DNA of 64,000 nucleotides, from positions 26,040,001-26,104,000 of the forward strand of contig OZ336873.1 of the NCBI GenBank assembly GCA_965287045.1. Direction: 5' to 3'. Numbering within the stretch: position 1 is the stretch's first letter; each line of letters starts with the position of its first letter. The position numbers and the translations under genes are program-made. The stretch comes from Carcharhinus amblyrhynchos (taxonomy: Eukaryota). Below are positions 1 to 12,909 of the stretch, piece after piece. The notes below the pieces were generated by a model, which saw only the letters and a program-made list of their open reading frames with translations, ran no database searches and was not told the DNA's origin.

Positions 1-1096
1 TCAACTTCCTTGCGGTTTATCCCATTCAATGTCATATCTTTGGTGTAAACTGAGTTACTGCAAATTTCCAAAGATATGGCAACAGAAAGCAAGTCTCAAA
101 GAAACTCACCCCACCTCCTCCCCACCAAATGAACATCATACCATGATGTAGTTCAGTTCCTTTCACTCATTTCATATTGGTTTATATTCCTATTAGTGAA
201 TCTTAAAATAGTATTTTTCTTTTGGGTACAATTGTGAAATTACCCCCAGAATGCACTTGATATTAGGATAGGCCTCAGGTTTCTGCTAAAATTCATTGCA
301 TTTAAAATCTTCCATGAATCAGTGCAAATAGAGCATAATAGATTGCAATCTTTCCTTGTCAACTTCAAAACCGGGAACACAGTTAAGGGTGGTAACCTGG
401 TGCAGTTGCAGGCTCACAGTTGAAAATGAGCTTAACGTTAATAAGGGTGTTTAGTCTGCCACCTGACAGCAAGCTTAAAAACACTACAGTTAAAATTTGA
501 ATATTTGGTGAACACCATCTGGTTTCTTGTATAAAGCAAAAAAAAACATTTTGATACAATGGAATCTTTGAATATATTCCTACTTGTACAGCTAAGAAAG
601 TAACATCAATAAGAAGAGTCTTCCTGACTCAAAGCAATAGAAGGTATCTTGCAGTTTTGACCTGGAGACATACCTAACTTTGTGGGTAAGGTCCAATTCA
701 GGTGAATTGAATCGCGAACCAGTGTAAAAGATTTCAGGAAACAAGCACAGGCAAAACTCATGTATTTTTAAAGTTTATTTCCTTACTTGTAAATCAACAA
801 TTTAATGTTCTACAATGAAGAACACTATTTGTTCGCCTATGTGACCATCCTGAAGAAACCCGCCCTACAATCTTTCACAACCTACTTTAAATTGTACCAT
901 GCAGGATCAGCAAATTTCAATACTGGTTGCACAAATCCAGATCATTTATGTATATAGTAAATAAGAGAAGCAATTAATTTAATGTTGTAAAATCTCATTG
1001 TTTACCATTAGGTCCAGCAGTAAAATGTAAAGGAACACAGTAGAGTGCAATCAAATCTGAGGCCATTTGATTGTTGAACTTGTCCTATTCAAATAG

Positions 1097-1420
1097 GGGA
1101 GGCGATAGCCTACTGGTATTATCACTCGACTATTAATAGAGAAACTCAAGTAATGTTGTTTGAATCCCACCACTGCAGATAGTGGAATTTGAATTAAATA
1201 AAAACTAATGTCTGAAATTAAGAATCTACTGATGACCACAAAACTATTCTTGATTGTCACTAATATTCTTTAGGGAAGGAAATCTGTCGTCCTTCCCTGA
1301 TCTGGCCTACATATGAGAGCCATAGCAATGTGGTTGACTCTCAGCTGCCCTTGGGCAACTGGGGATGAGCAATAAAGGCTGGCCAGCCAGTGACACCCAT
1401 GTCCCACGAATGAATAAAAA
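1097..1420 (+). mobile_element. tRNA-derived SINE with LINE-type 3' tail
   Basis: Degenerate A/B-box head (GGCGATAGCCTACTGG...GTTTGAATCCC). The tail GGGATGAGCAATAAAGGCTGGCCAGCCAGTGACACCCA...AATGAATAAAAAA is shared with copies at 23.6 kb, 24.6 kb and 35.8 kb. Confidence 0.75.
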
Positions 1421-1436
1421 AATAAGGTGTCAATAT

Positions 1437-2269
1437 TGTTAGGAATACAAGGTTTTATAAGATAGCTGGGTTTTAAATTCTCTTTTAAAATCAAGCTTAA
1501 AATCAAGCTAAAAAAGGAAAAAAAAAAATCGAGCATATAAAGTCCAACATTTCTGCTCACCTGGTTGCTATGAGGACTTGGCCTGGGTTGAATTCTACTG
1601 AAACTCAAGCACCAGCTTTCAGACCTGAACACAAAAGGCAGGAGCTTCTGGCCAGGCCTTCTACACATTTACTGAAACAGAGGGCCCAGGGCAGGAGAAT
1701 GAAACACGAGCTATTGCAGACAGCCAAGGAAATGACTATTCTCTTGTTAGTCACCAGGCAAAACATGGGTGAGAGGACACTGTCTGGTCAATGAGATAGC
1801 TGAGAGATTTCAGCACACTGGAACACTTGCCTCTATGTGGCCAAAAGAAGGAGCTGCCAGAACAAGCCACTCTGTTCAAAGTCACCTTGGGGATGCTCAG
1901 AAGAAGGGAAATCACTTGATGGGCACTGGACATTACGACTCAGCAAAACAGGAAGAAGCAAGCGAGTCTGTTGGAAGCAACTTTGAACTGGTTGCTGTAG
2001 AAACTGCTGTTGTGCAGAGTGTAGTGTAATATATAAAAATGTGGCATGGAGCTATTAGTTGGGTTAGGAAGTTATGGTGGGGATATCCATTATATAGCTT
2101 AGTACATTAGTTGTCTCCTCAGTAAAGTTCAGTAAGAAATCTCAACACCAGGTTAAAAAACAGTAATGTTTAGTCATACAGATTTTCTTGTCTGATGATC
2201 CTGTGAATTATCACTGGGATTTCAAATTGCTTCTTAAAAAGGGTTTCAGTCTCTCCAAGAATTGGAACA
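1437..2269. mobile_element. Possible solo LTR
   Basis: ~830-bp segment starting TGTTAGGAAT and ending ATTGGAACA (TG..CA, weak inverted ends). No clear TSD. Confidence 0.35.
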
Positions 2270-2544
2270 AAAGCATCCGGGGAATTAATCCAAAGGCAGA
2301 AACTAGTACACTGGAATTTGCTTTAAATAAATAAGATTTCACTGTTACCTTTGCTGTATTCAGTTAAAGGTATACATGGCTACACCTACTCAAGTATTTC
2401 TAGAGAGAAAGGACATCTGTGAATGCCTTGCAACATTTAAAGACCTTTAAAAAGCACGTAACTAGGTAGCAGTGTCTGAGGAGTCAGGAGTAGTTTTAAA
2501 GTTAGGAGCTAAAAAAAGTAGCTTGCTGAAATATTGGCTCAACA

Positions 2545-2776
2545 TAAAAGAGAAGCTAAGAGAGAAAGAAAAAAATGAGAGGGAGAGGGAGAGAAAGAAA
2601 AAAAGCGAGAGAAAGAAAAAGAGCGAGAGAAAGAAAAAGAGAGCAAGGGAAAAAAAAAGAGAGCAAGGGGAAAAAAAAGAGAGCAAGGGGAAAAAAAAAG
2701 AGAGCAAGGGAAAAAAAAAAGAGAGCAAGGGGGGTGTGTGGGGGACCCACAGAGAGAGAGAGAGAGAGAGAAGCCC

Positions 2777-2807
<31 letters not shown>

Positions 2808-2910
2808 TCCAGAGGCTGAGGGAGAGAGGCCCAGAGAGAGAGAGAGAGAGAGAGGGGGGGGGAGGGCCAGAGAGAGAAAGTGAGAGAGAGAGAGAGAGAG
2901 AGAGAGGCAT
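2545..2910 (+). repeat. Polypurine low-complexity tract: (A)nGAGAGCAAGGG units and (GA)n microsatellites
   Basis: About five ~20-21-bp units at 2630-2730, followed by several interrupted (GA)n runs. Confidence 0.95.
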
Positions 2911-3832
2911 TGCCGAAGCCCTGAGAGAGACAGAATGTGGCTGAGTGAGTGAAAAGAGGAAAGTAGAGATAGGGATTTCAAGTCTCTTTTGGAAAGCTAA
3001 CAGGATTGAACAATATACAACTGCCGGGAGGAAATATATGCTCCTCCACCTTGTACCTCTAAATAAATTGGGCTGAAGTCGTTAAAAGGAAACAATAAAA
3101 TCATCAAGCACTCGCAGAAACAGACTGAACCACAGAGCATGTAGCATGTGTGCTTACAACAAAATCTACAGTAAATACATGGCATATACTGCTGAAACCA
3201 AGGCTAAGAGACAAAGGTTTGTACAGACCTCAAAATAGCCACAAGATGTCAAGTTTTTAATAACATGAAAAGCTAATACTTTCACAACAAATAATCTGAA
3301 AAGGGTCATTCTGATCACAGACCACTTCGATAAATACTTCAAGCTCTGTAATGTTTGAAAGCTGTGGCTTGAACCAGTGATTCAGAAAGAAAGATCCTGT
3401 TAATAAAGAATCCGAGACAATGTCAATTTCTTCCAATGATACTTCCAGACACGCTTGTCAACTGTAGCAATGTCATGAGCGGACCAATCAAGGATCTATT
3501 TAAAATAAGGAATTTGGGTCAACAACGACGCAGGTCAGATGTACATCAGTCAGACTGGTGTGCCAAATGGAACAATTTTGTAAGTTGTTCAAGGCAATGC
3601 AAGAAAAATCAAATGTTCCAGCAAGAAAATGCAACTTAAAACATGCAACACAACGCCAAAGGGGACATCAGTGAAATATCACAAGCTAGAAATAATTTTT
3701 GTCCACAACAAGATTTTTCTCAACAAATTCTATAGAATGCTGGGGCAAAAGTAGACATAGAGCTTTATTCTGTATTCCACAACAAAGAAGAATTGAGTGT
3801 TAGCCCATGGATAGAGCTCTCAGGTACAAGAT

Positions 3833-4050
3833 AAATTCACCATAGTCCCAGATGACCATAGGCTGCTCTTCCCCTCGAAGGGGGAGTGACTGGTGGTGAT
3901 TTAACCTGAGGATCGCTGTACCTCAGGCGAGGGGCAAGGTTGATAAGGCAGGGTCTTCATGAATAACCTCAGTCGGCACATGAGTTGAACCCACGCTGTT
4001 AGCATCATTCTGTATCACAAACCAGCCATCCAGCCAACTGAGCTGACTGA
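3833..4050 (-). mobile_element. tRNA-derived SINE
   Basis: The minus strand starts GTCAGTCAGCTCAGTTGGCTGG (A box) ... GGGTTCAACTC (B box), followed by a ~130-bp body. Confidence 0.75.
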
Positions 4051-4787
4051 CTCCCAGCTCTTTGTAATACAACAATGGAGGAAGTTTATACATCTTCAGA
4101 GTCAAAAGCTTAATTGATATCCATAAAGCAGATTATATGATTCACAGGTAGGATTAACAGCTGTTGCTCGAAACAAAATGCCAAGATTTTATGGTTATAG
4201 CACTAGTTGCATAAATCTCTATAATTTCCAGTCTATCATTTATCCAATATAGGTTTCAAGGCAATTACAGAAATCCTATTTCAGCCAAACTTTCTGCCAA
4301 AGGAAATTAAAGTTTTAAATTGTCAAAACATTAATAATAACCTTAAACTTGGAATACAATGCTCAACTATTGACTTGGAAACCCATGCATAACAATTCTT
4401 CAGAAGCTCATACAGGAAAGTGCATAATTAAAGTGAACAAGTAACTCTTTTTCATCAAAAAAAATGCCATTTCTCAAGTGATCACCATTCATTCAATGCA
4501 CACAAATGTCGAAAATTTCTATTTGTTATGACAGGAGTTCTGATAAAAACATTAATTCGAGGTATAAATTGCCAACTTTGCTTTGGATGGAGATGGGTCC
4601 ATTTATGGGTCAATAGCATCTTCACCAATAGACTGTAAAAAAAATATCAATGGGGCTTCCATTAATGGTACCTATGTCTGCTTTTGCCTCAAGTTTAGAA
4701 GCTACATTAGTTTTCACACAGACTCGCCTTCGGTTATGACTGAGGTTACTAGGAAGCTAGACTGATGAAATGTTATAGTGCAGAAGA

Positions 4788-5065
4788 AAAGTTTAAAAGT
4801 TTATTAGTCACAAGTGAGCCTTAGATTAACACTGCAATGAAGTTACTGTGAAATTCCCCTAGTCACCACAGTCCGGCATCTGTTTGGGTCAATGATCTGA
4901 ACAAGCAAATCTTTCAGACCATAGGGGGAAGCACCCGGAGGAAACCCATGCAGACACAAGGAGAACATGCAAACTCCAAACAGACATTGACCCAAACTGG
5001 GAATTGAACCTAGCTCCCTGATGTTGTGAAGCAGCAGTGCTAACCACTGTGCTGCCATGCCACCC
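4788..5065 (-). mobile_element. HE1-type V-SINE (tail type A)
   Basis: Head GGGTGGCATGGCAGCACAGTGGTTAGCACTGCTGC...TTCAATTCCC, V-domain GGAGTTTGCATGTTCTCC...GGGTTTCCTCCGGGTGCT, tail ...CTTCATTGCAGTGTTAAT...AATAAACTTT. Confidence 0.88.
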
Positions 5066-5309
5066 AAGGTCACTCAACCTACTATGTCTTTGCTGACGTG
5101 GAAAGCCACGCACTTTTCAGAGAAGGAAATGGGCCTCTCCACATTATCTTTGATATCAAGTCCCCCTCCAACCAAATATTTGTCGAGTTTCCTTCAAAAA
5201 GTCATTTTAGATGATGCATCACATCATTATTAAGCAAGACATTTCATATCCTAACTAAGCCCTCGCTTTAAAAATAATTCTACTTTTGCTTTAGGTGATA
5301 ATCAAATTT

Positions 5310-5490
5310 CTGCAGGTGGTGGAGCAGAGACGATTAATGATTTCAAAATAAAATTGGATGACCACTTGGTGGAAATAAACTTGCAGGTCTACAGAAATAG
5401 TGGAGGCAATGGGACTAACTGTATTTTCGACAGTGAGCTGGCATGGACTTGATCAGCCAAATGGCCACCTCCTGTACATAATCAATCTAT
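5310..5490 (+). mobile_element. CR1 LINE 3' fragment
   Basis: End of ORF2 (VVEAETINDFKIKLD-like) and 3' UTR ...ATGGCCACCTCCTGTAC. Confidence 0.7.
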
Positions 5491-5704
5491 GCCCTTCAAC
5501 AGTTGATTTACTGACTATGTAAATAACTGATTTTGAGTTTGTCTGTACAATCTCTTTATAATCTTTTTTATTCTAATTAAGTTAACCATAGGTTTAGTGG
5601 TCTCTCCTTAGTGAACTTGAGCAATTTCTTCGATATCCTTTCCATTGGGTCAAAGCTGTCCTAAAGCACCAATTCTGAGCAAAATATTTTAAGTATGGTA
5701 TCGC

Positions 5705-7010
5705 TGAATCACAAACATTGCACCACAGGTGGAGGCCATTCGACCCGTCAAGTCTGCGCAGGTTCTCTGCATGGATGGACACACTTAATTCCACTTAGCT
5801 GTCTTTACCACGTAACCCTGCAAATTCCACTTCAGATAATTATCCCTTTCTCTTTTGAAAGCCACAATTGATTGTGCTTCCATTGCATTGTGCAATAGGA
5901 GTTTCCTCACGTTGTCACTGTTCCTTTTGCCAGTCACTTTAAATTGGTATTCATTTACTCTCAATCCTTCCATCAATGTGAACAGTTTCTCCCTATCTAC
6001 TTTGTTTAGACCCCTCATGATTTTAACACAAGAACGAAGAACAGGACAACACAGGAAGAGGCCCTTTGGCCCTCCAAGCCTGCGCCAGTCACGTTTACCT
6101 ATCTAGGTCAACCGCTTATACCCCTCTATTCCCCTTTTGTTCTTATGCCTATCAAATAAGTTTTAAATGTGGCTAACCTAATTGCCTCAACCACCTCACT
6201 TAGCAGCGTATTCCAGTCTCCACTATCCTTTGCGTAAAAAAACTTCCCTCGCACATTTCCACTGAACCTTTCCCCCCCTTATCTTGAACTTCTACCCCCT
6301 TGTAAATTGTCATTTCTGCCCTAGGAAAAAGCTTCCAACTCTTCACACTATCTATATCTCTCATATTTCTATAAACTTCTATCAGGTCGCCGCTCAGCCT
6401 CCGTCTTTCCAGGGAGAAAGCACCTTTGTTAAATCGCTCGATCTTTTCTTCAAAAAGGAGAACAGCCCAGCTTCTCCAATCTATCCAAGTAACTGAAGTC
6501 TCTTATTCCTGGAGCCATTCTCATTAATCTTTTTCGTATCCTCTCAAATGTCTTCATATCCTTCCAAAAGTGTGGTGCTCAGACAATACACTATTGCAGC
6601 TGAGGCCAAACCAGTATTTTACACAGGTTTACCAAAGCTACCTTCCTAGTGCACCTGATCCCCCTATTTATAAAACCCATGATCACACATTAACCACTCT
6701 CTCAACTGCCCTGTTATCTTCAATGTGCACACATACCTCCAAGGTCCTTCTGCTCCTGCATCCCCCATTTCATATTGTCTCTCTTCTTGCTCCTTCCAAA
6801 ATGAATCACCTCACAATTCTCCTCACCAAACTTGCATGCCATCTGCAAACTCTGACATTATACCCTCCATGTCCCAGTCTGGCCGCTTTCCTCTAGTCTG
6901 AAAACTGATCATTCAGCTGATCCTCTGCTTTTCGTCTCTCAGCCAATTTTGTATTCCTACAGCCACTGCCTCTTTAATTCAAGGGCTTAAACTTTTCTAA
7001 CATGTTTGTG
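5705..7010 (-). mobile_element. Decayed CR1 LINE with a second CR1 3' end nested at ~6030-6420
   Basis: Minus ORF remnant MRGLNKVDREKLF...AFKRERD. A second CR1 3' tail (GGCCCTTTGGCCCTCCAAGCCTGCGCC) interrupts it. Confidence 0.8.
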
Positions 7011-7049
7011 TCAGCAGGTTGGTGAAGATGTGGTCAAGACTATTCCCTC

Positions 7050-7590
7050 ATGTTGGTTCTCACCACCTGCCTGCCAGCCACAAGTTAAGTCTGGATGTCA
7101 TGTCCTTCAGAACTCAGTTAGCTCAGTTAATAGTAGCACTATCAAGACACTCTTGGTGATGATCATTGAAGTTCCTCATTGAAAGCAGTTGTGTATCCTG
7201 GTTACTGTCAATGCTTGTTCCAAGGAGATGTTTATCAGGGAGGACTACTGATTAATCAGATGAAGGAGAAGTAGGTGGTGATTGGCAAGAGATTTCCTCA
7301 CCGACATTTGACCTGAAGCCAGAGACTTCATGCAGGGCAAACGCAACATTCTCAGCAGACTTGCTACCACTATACTGCTGGTAGAACAGGATATGCCCAG
7401 GAATTATGATAGCTGAGTCAAGGACATTGAGCAATATTCATTTCTCAAGATCATCCCTTTGTTAGTCTGTCACTTAAGATCTTCATTAGATAGCCCTCCC
7501 AATTTCAGGACCATCCACAGATTTTGATGACGGTGATTTTTCAGCATCACCTTGGCAGGACGTGCCAATATTAACTTTGATGCCTAAGTC
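7050..7590 (-). mobile_element. Decayed LINE endonuclease-region fragment
   Basis: Minus-strand remnants resemble an AP-endonuclease region (IIIPGHIL...ALHEVS; GNFNDHHQECL-like), with frameshifts. Confidence 0.5.
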
Positions 7591-7629
7591 ACAACTATAG
7601 CACATCCCTTTCTTTATCTAATATAGAAG

Positions 7630-7760
7630 TAAATGAGTGTGGATGCTGGAATCTGAAGCAAAAACTGAAAATGCTGGAAATTCTCAGTAGATCTGACAGC
7701 ATCTGTGGAGAGACTAACATCGAGTCTGGATGACCCTTGAGCAGAACTGAAGACAATAGA
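7630..7760. mobile_element. Penelope-like terminal repeat fragment
   Basis: GGATGCTGGAATCTGAAGCAAAAACTGAAAATGCTGGAAATTCTCAG...AGCATCTGTGGAGAG. Related copies at ~15740-15830, ~36900-37030, ~41220-41320 (inverted) and ~58375-58510. The family assignment is from memory. Confidence 0.55.
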
Positions 7761-8163
7761 AAATAGGCTGATATTAGGGTGATTTTCTTTTGTCTAGTGG
7801 CTTGAAACAATTGATTGGGTTGCCAGGTTTTTTTCAGAGGACAGTTAACAGTCAATCCTATTAGTTTTGAGACTCAAGATGTATACAGGACAGTGCAGGT
7901 AAGGCCAACAGGTTTCCTTCGCAAAAGAACTTAGATAATATCCAATTCATTTTATTAATAGGATTTCCTCCAATAACACTTTCATTTGTCAGGCATTACT
8001 TGCCTTTTACAAATCTGCACCTTGTCAAAATGTTCATCACTGAGCAGCAGCTGGTGGTCATATCATCACCATCACATTCCACATCAAACCAGACACAGTC
8101 AAAATCAATTGTGCTAAAACATCTACAACACAAATTTATGCTCAAATATGTTCCTTATATCAT

Positions 8164-8826
8164 GGCCCAAATCTTTCAATCAGGGTCAGACCCCCTTGTT
8201 TCTGACCCTGATTCAACAAACAAACTACTGACTCACCTCCTTCCAATTTTTCTGGCCGATCTTGCAAAAAAAAAGGAACCTGCATAACTCACTCATGTGC
8301 AGGAAACCTTGAAAGGAACAGCAGAGAGAATCTACACAGAAGCCATGCCCCTTTTTATGGCATTAGCTGCCTTGTTCTGCTAACAAAGAGCTCAGGTGTC
8401 CCAGAACTCCTCAGTGTGTAAGTGAATGTATGTATGGTTGAGTGAATGGTGGGTGTGTGAAATGGTAAGGTGGCAAATGAGTAGGGTGGTTGGTGGTGGT
8501 GGCGGTGGTGGTGGAGGTGGAGGATATTGACAATGATAATTGTAAAATTACCCAGGACTTCAACTAGGATTTTTCTATTTAATAATATTTCCTGGATTAC
8601 TCTTCAGAAATAAGTTGGGACTGTCCACATTCTCCAACCTGAACTCAATCTCAGTCTGAGATTTTTTTTGGAGGGCCCCAGGGAGAAGAGGAATTGCCGT
8701 TAGAAGTACAAACTTCCCGGGCAATTCCCACAGAGTCAGCATGTCGGGATTTCCAAGACATACTGTCGCACATTTTGTATGATAATGCCTGATCTCAGAC
8801 AATCCAGAGACCAAAAGGTCTGGGCC
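8164..8826. mobile_element. Putative degenerate non-autonomous DNA transposon (Harbinger-like)
   Basis: Imperfect terminal inverted repeats GGCCCAAATCTTT ... AAAGGTCTGGGCC and an internal (GGT)n run. No clean TSD. Confidence 0.45.
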
Positions 8827-9726
8827 TGTGTTTCAAAAGAAAATTAACAATGTTAATATTGTGATTAAAGTAACTGGGAGTTTAAAAATAACTTAGGAAT
8901 GGAATGAATATTTAAACAGCATTTTTTGAAACCTACTTCAGCAGACACTCTACTATGATTACTAAGGATTTGGAAATGGAAACAGCAAATGCTAGGAATA
9001 CTACATTTACTTTACAAACTTGTAATTTTTAACTATAAACATGGCACGTCAGATTTATGGATCCAAGATGAATTTGTATTCAAACAAACTGCTTTACAGA
9101 CAATAGAAGAAGCGTTGATTTATTACAGTCACTCTATTGATAAACTATTAAATCAGGACATGCAAAACCATCTTGACTACGTACAGACAACAAGGAAATT
9201 AGATCGGAAAAACACAACTATTCATAGGTTGTCAGCTATATGACGCTGTTCCACTGTAGATACTCAAGTACGCTCTGAGCCAATATTACACTATTACCAT
9301 GTTTGTATTCAAATTATATACATTGTTCTTAGCTTACGGTCCATGTGTTTTCTCTTTATCACATCCTAAAATATACAAAATGCATTATGCAGTCAATCAA
9401 TAGTCTTTACATACACAGTATTCATAAATTGATTTAGACAAGTGAACATATTCACAGGCATTCTGGAGGGAAATATAGTAGTTGTGGGCATAATGAATAG
9501 GATACCATAGAAGTTGGATAGATTGGTCTCCAGCAAGGGGGGGATACAAGTTGAAATATCCATTGGTTTAACATTTGGAAATGGTTGAAAATTATTCTCT
9601 GGTACAAAACGTAGCATAGGGATATAAAATACTGAAGCATTTTGGATTTCAAGATGGCACTGTTGTGGTCCTGAAACCCAACTTGTAAGAAAGGAGATGA
9701 AATTGATAATTGGAGCATCAAATTAC

Positions 9727-9858
9727 CTTCACTATGAAAAGAACTTGATGTGTCACAGTCTGCAGATTCATCATGGCTTGAAGCTATTGCTTCTCTTTCA
9801 GACATATTGTTGTCATCAGTTAGATTCTCCTCGCCTTCCTCCATTTCATCAACGGAAC
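9727..9858 (-). CDS. zfpm1: ZFPM1/FOG1 coding exon 2 (acidic N-terminal region)
   Basis: Acceptor tttctttggtttaaAG|GT TCC GTT GAT GAA ATG GAG and donor GAA G|GTAATT. The exon is 132 nt, phase 1-1, in frame with exon 1, giving ...QIK-R-SVDEMEEGEENLTDDNNMSEREAIASSHDESADCDTSSSFHSE. RSxxxME matches FOG1 (human RSLGDME, from memory). Confidence 0.9.
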
Positions 9859-10514
9859 CTTTAAACCAAAGAAATTCATTTGATAAATCAGAGAAAACCC
9901 AGAAAACAACAAATTATTTAGTTCTACATTAAATTTCCTCAGCTGACAAACTGATCATGCCAGTTTTTAAAGGCTATTGCTCATAGAAACATTCTTTTCA
10001 CAAAAATATTGTCAGTAATGCCTGATCACAAAAATAATGAACATAGAAAGAAATCACTGAGCACTTTGCATTGGTGCTTGTGCTAACCTCTCAACTCAAG
10101 ATACCTACTGGCAGATTATTTACATTTTGTTAGTCAAAGACAACATAACTGAATTTTTGAATGCTGGGGTTAGGACAGAGAAAATATCCGCAGGCGTTAG
10201 GTGTTAATAGTCTTCTATGGCAATGTATTCTCTTTACCAAAGTTATAGAAAATTAACCTCAAAAGACAAAACTCCAAACATCCTCAACTATATACAAGCT
10301 GGTGTGTTATCCAGGGGAATTTAGCTTTCTCTATCAACATATGTACAGTCATACAGATAACACAACCTTCATATCTGACAACTAGTTTTGATTAAGCTTG
10401 CTGTGAATATTTGAGTTAAAAATATTGAACCTCAGCATCTCACATCCACAGCCTTGGTCACATATGTCGGAGTTACTGAGCTTGGAGCTGTACAATTTCT
10501 GCTGGGCATTTATC

Positions 10515-10680
10515 ATAGAAGCACAGAACATTTACTGAAGGAGGTCATTTGGTCTGTCGAGCCCATGTCATCTCTCTGCAAGACGAATTGAGTTAGACCC
10601 ACTCCCTCATCCTTTCCCTGTAGCCCTGCATGTTTTCCCCCCTTTAGGTGCTTACCCAATTCCATTAGCAGAGCCATTAA
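10515..10680 (-). mobile_element. CR1 3' end fragment
   Basis: CATAGAAGCACAGAACA...GGAGGTCATTTGGTCTGTCGAGCCCATG...CCCTGTAGCCCTGCA, the reverse complement of a CR1 tail. Confidence 0.7.
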
Positions 10681-11029
10681 ATTATTTCCTAATTTAAACA
10701 AAATGTGATGATGATTCAAGCAGAAATGCTCTGACCATTCTTGGAAAGGTACAATGCTGTATTTGACTCAAAACTAGAAATACATAATTCAAAGGATGCA
10801 ATGCGAGACACAAGTCAAATTTCAGTTATCATTCTAGCAATATCGATCATAAATATTTGCCAATCTCACACCTTAAAACATTTGATAAATATTTTAAAAT
10901 TGTCATTTTTAAAACCATGATTTGGTACATTCATTTCGCAATCGACAGCAGGGCCGCTATGCGAGATGATGAGAAATGCAACACTAATATTGGTCAGTGG
11001 AGTGGTTTGCTGTTTAAGAAACTGACCTA

Positions 11030-11330
11030 ACAGGTGTATTCAAGATTACAGCTATTTCTCAAGGGACAGCGCAATGAGTTTGTCATCATGTTTGGACCAG
11101 TGGCACCATCCCATCAAACCCTGACCCTGTTCTGGTCGGATGCCCAAAAAATATGCACCTTCCAGCAGAAGTCAGAGATAGCAATTAAGATCAAAAAACA
11201 CAAATGACTCTTTTCCTACTTTCTTTGCCTGACAGGCACTGAAGATAATTGTATAGACCCTACTCACACCTTGGCTGAGAGCACTTAACTCATGACCCAC
11301 AGATTGACAGACACCTTGTGCTCTGGAATT
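11030..11330 (-). mobile_element. Ancient SINE-like element (possibly AmnSINE2-related core)
   Basis: Minus strand GAGTTAAGTGCTCTCAGCCAAGG...CTATACAATTATCTTCAGTGCC...CTGCTGGAAGGTGC resembles, from memory, an ancient vertebrate SINE core. Confidence 0.4.
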
Positions 11331-11719
11331 GTATGGCACAATTTCATATTAAGCATTTCTAATGTTTGAACACAAGAAGTCAGAATCATGCATTTTTAAA
11401 TATGAAAAATTGCAACATGGTGACATATTTAAAGCATCAAACAAGAAAATTATTTCCTCTGCTGTTTCAACATATTTGTTCTTTGGGTATTACACTAATG
11501 TACAGATTGCACAAAGTGTGGAACACAGAATCCTTGACTAGGTCCCACAATGCTATATGTAATCTCTGGACAATTTACTGCATTAACTCTGTTTCACATG
11601 AAAGAAATGTTATTTCTTAATTTGAGTATACTAACACCGCGCATGGCATTCCCATTTATTTTGGTATCAGCACGATTTCAAAATCACATTCTTCTCACCA
11701 TTAACTTAAGCTAACCTAA

Positions 11720-12170
11720 CCTGCATCCTAACTGGTGCCAAGTCCCCTTCATCCATCCCCCACGCTTACTGATCTACACTGGCTCCCAATTGAGCATTAT
11801 GATTTTCCAACACTCATCCTTATTTTCAAATATCTTCAACATCTTGATCCTCTAAAACCCCACAACCAATTCCAGCCCTAGGAGCCTCAGATATCTGCAC
11901 TCCTCCAATCTGACATCTTGTACGTCCCTGATTTTAATCAACCCACCATTGCCAATGGTGCTTTCAGCTGCCTAGGCTCTGGAATTTTCTCTATACATTG
12001 CTCTGCCTCTCTATAATTTTTCCTTCTTTAAATACTGTTTAAAAAATACACTGCTTTTGCTCAGCTGCCCAAAAATCCCCTTCTATGATCGAATTTCGTT
12101 TGATAAAGCTCTTGTGGAATGCTATGGGACATTTTACTAAATTAAAGGTGCTAGATAAATGCAAGCTTTC
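11720..12170 (+). mobile_element. L2 LINE 3' fragment
   Basis: CTTACTGATCTACACTGGCTCCCA (L.DLHWLP) and the tail AAAGGTGCTAGATAAATGCAAG. Confidence 0.75.
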
Positions 12171-12909
12171 ATAGCGACAACCCAAGCATCACTTTTTATT
12201 AAATGCTTTCACTATATGCTGAGAATGCATCAGGAGACAAAGGATAAGATTTGTTAATCACAAGAAGGTTGACACAGTAGCAAATGAGCCAACTGGTATA
12301 TATGCACCACATACAACGCGTACTCTGCTTTTCACATATTGTTAAATCAACATAAGAATGTGGTTAAATATAGGTTTGTGTGGAACTGTACATTTCCAAA
12401 GTGATGCAGATTATAAGCTGGTTCACTGAATCAATGCCACTTGTAGAAGTTAAAATGTTGCTGATTGCTGGACTCTTGCACGAATGCTCATCTATTCTGC
12501 CATGCTGTTTGAGGCTGTTAATGTTTTAAGTAGCATATTAATTATTTTTAATAGGCAGTGAATATCAAGTTCTCAAGTAATGCCAGCTCGACAAAAATCA
12601 GAAAATAGTATAAAAATATTCGAGCAGAGATTGAATTTACTAGCCTGGCTTATTATACTGTAAATTTTGTTGAAGCCATTCCAGGACTACAGAAGTGGAA
12701 CAAATTCCATTACTGTGTCAGCACAGCTATTTTATCCATTTCCAATTCAGTTGCTAGCTGTTTGGCATTAGCTGATTTCTCCATGTATTGCAACTCACAA
12801 ATCAATGGTTTGATCATGAATCGCAAATTTAAAAGGAAAACAAAACTCAGGTAAAGATGTTTACAGAAAATGCACCACTTTAAAAAGAATTCCACATGAA
12901 ATTCATTTT

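Noticed and set aside
2462-2981. K/R/E-rich and S/L/F-rich ORFs in several frames
   Set aside because: These are translations of the GA-rich microsatellite tract.
3990-4050. tRNA genes at SINE heads
   Set aside because: A/B boxes are present but there is no intact cloverleaf, and each continues into a SINE body.
4560-4640. Possible zfpm1 exon 3 after a minus-strand ttttttacAG
   Set aside because: The required phase-1 frame hits TGA within four codons and shows no FOG similarity.
9452-9844. 130-aa single-exon ORF MEEGEENL...
   Set aside because: Only 9727-9858 is exonic. The rest is read-through past the GTAATT donor into intron 2.
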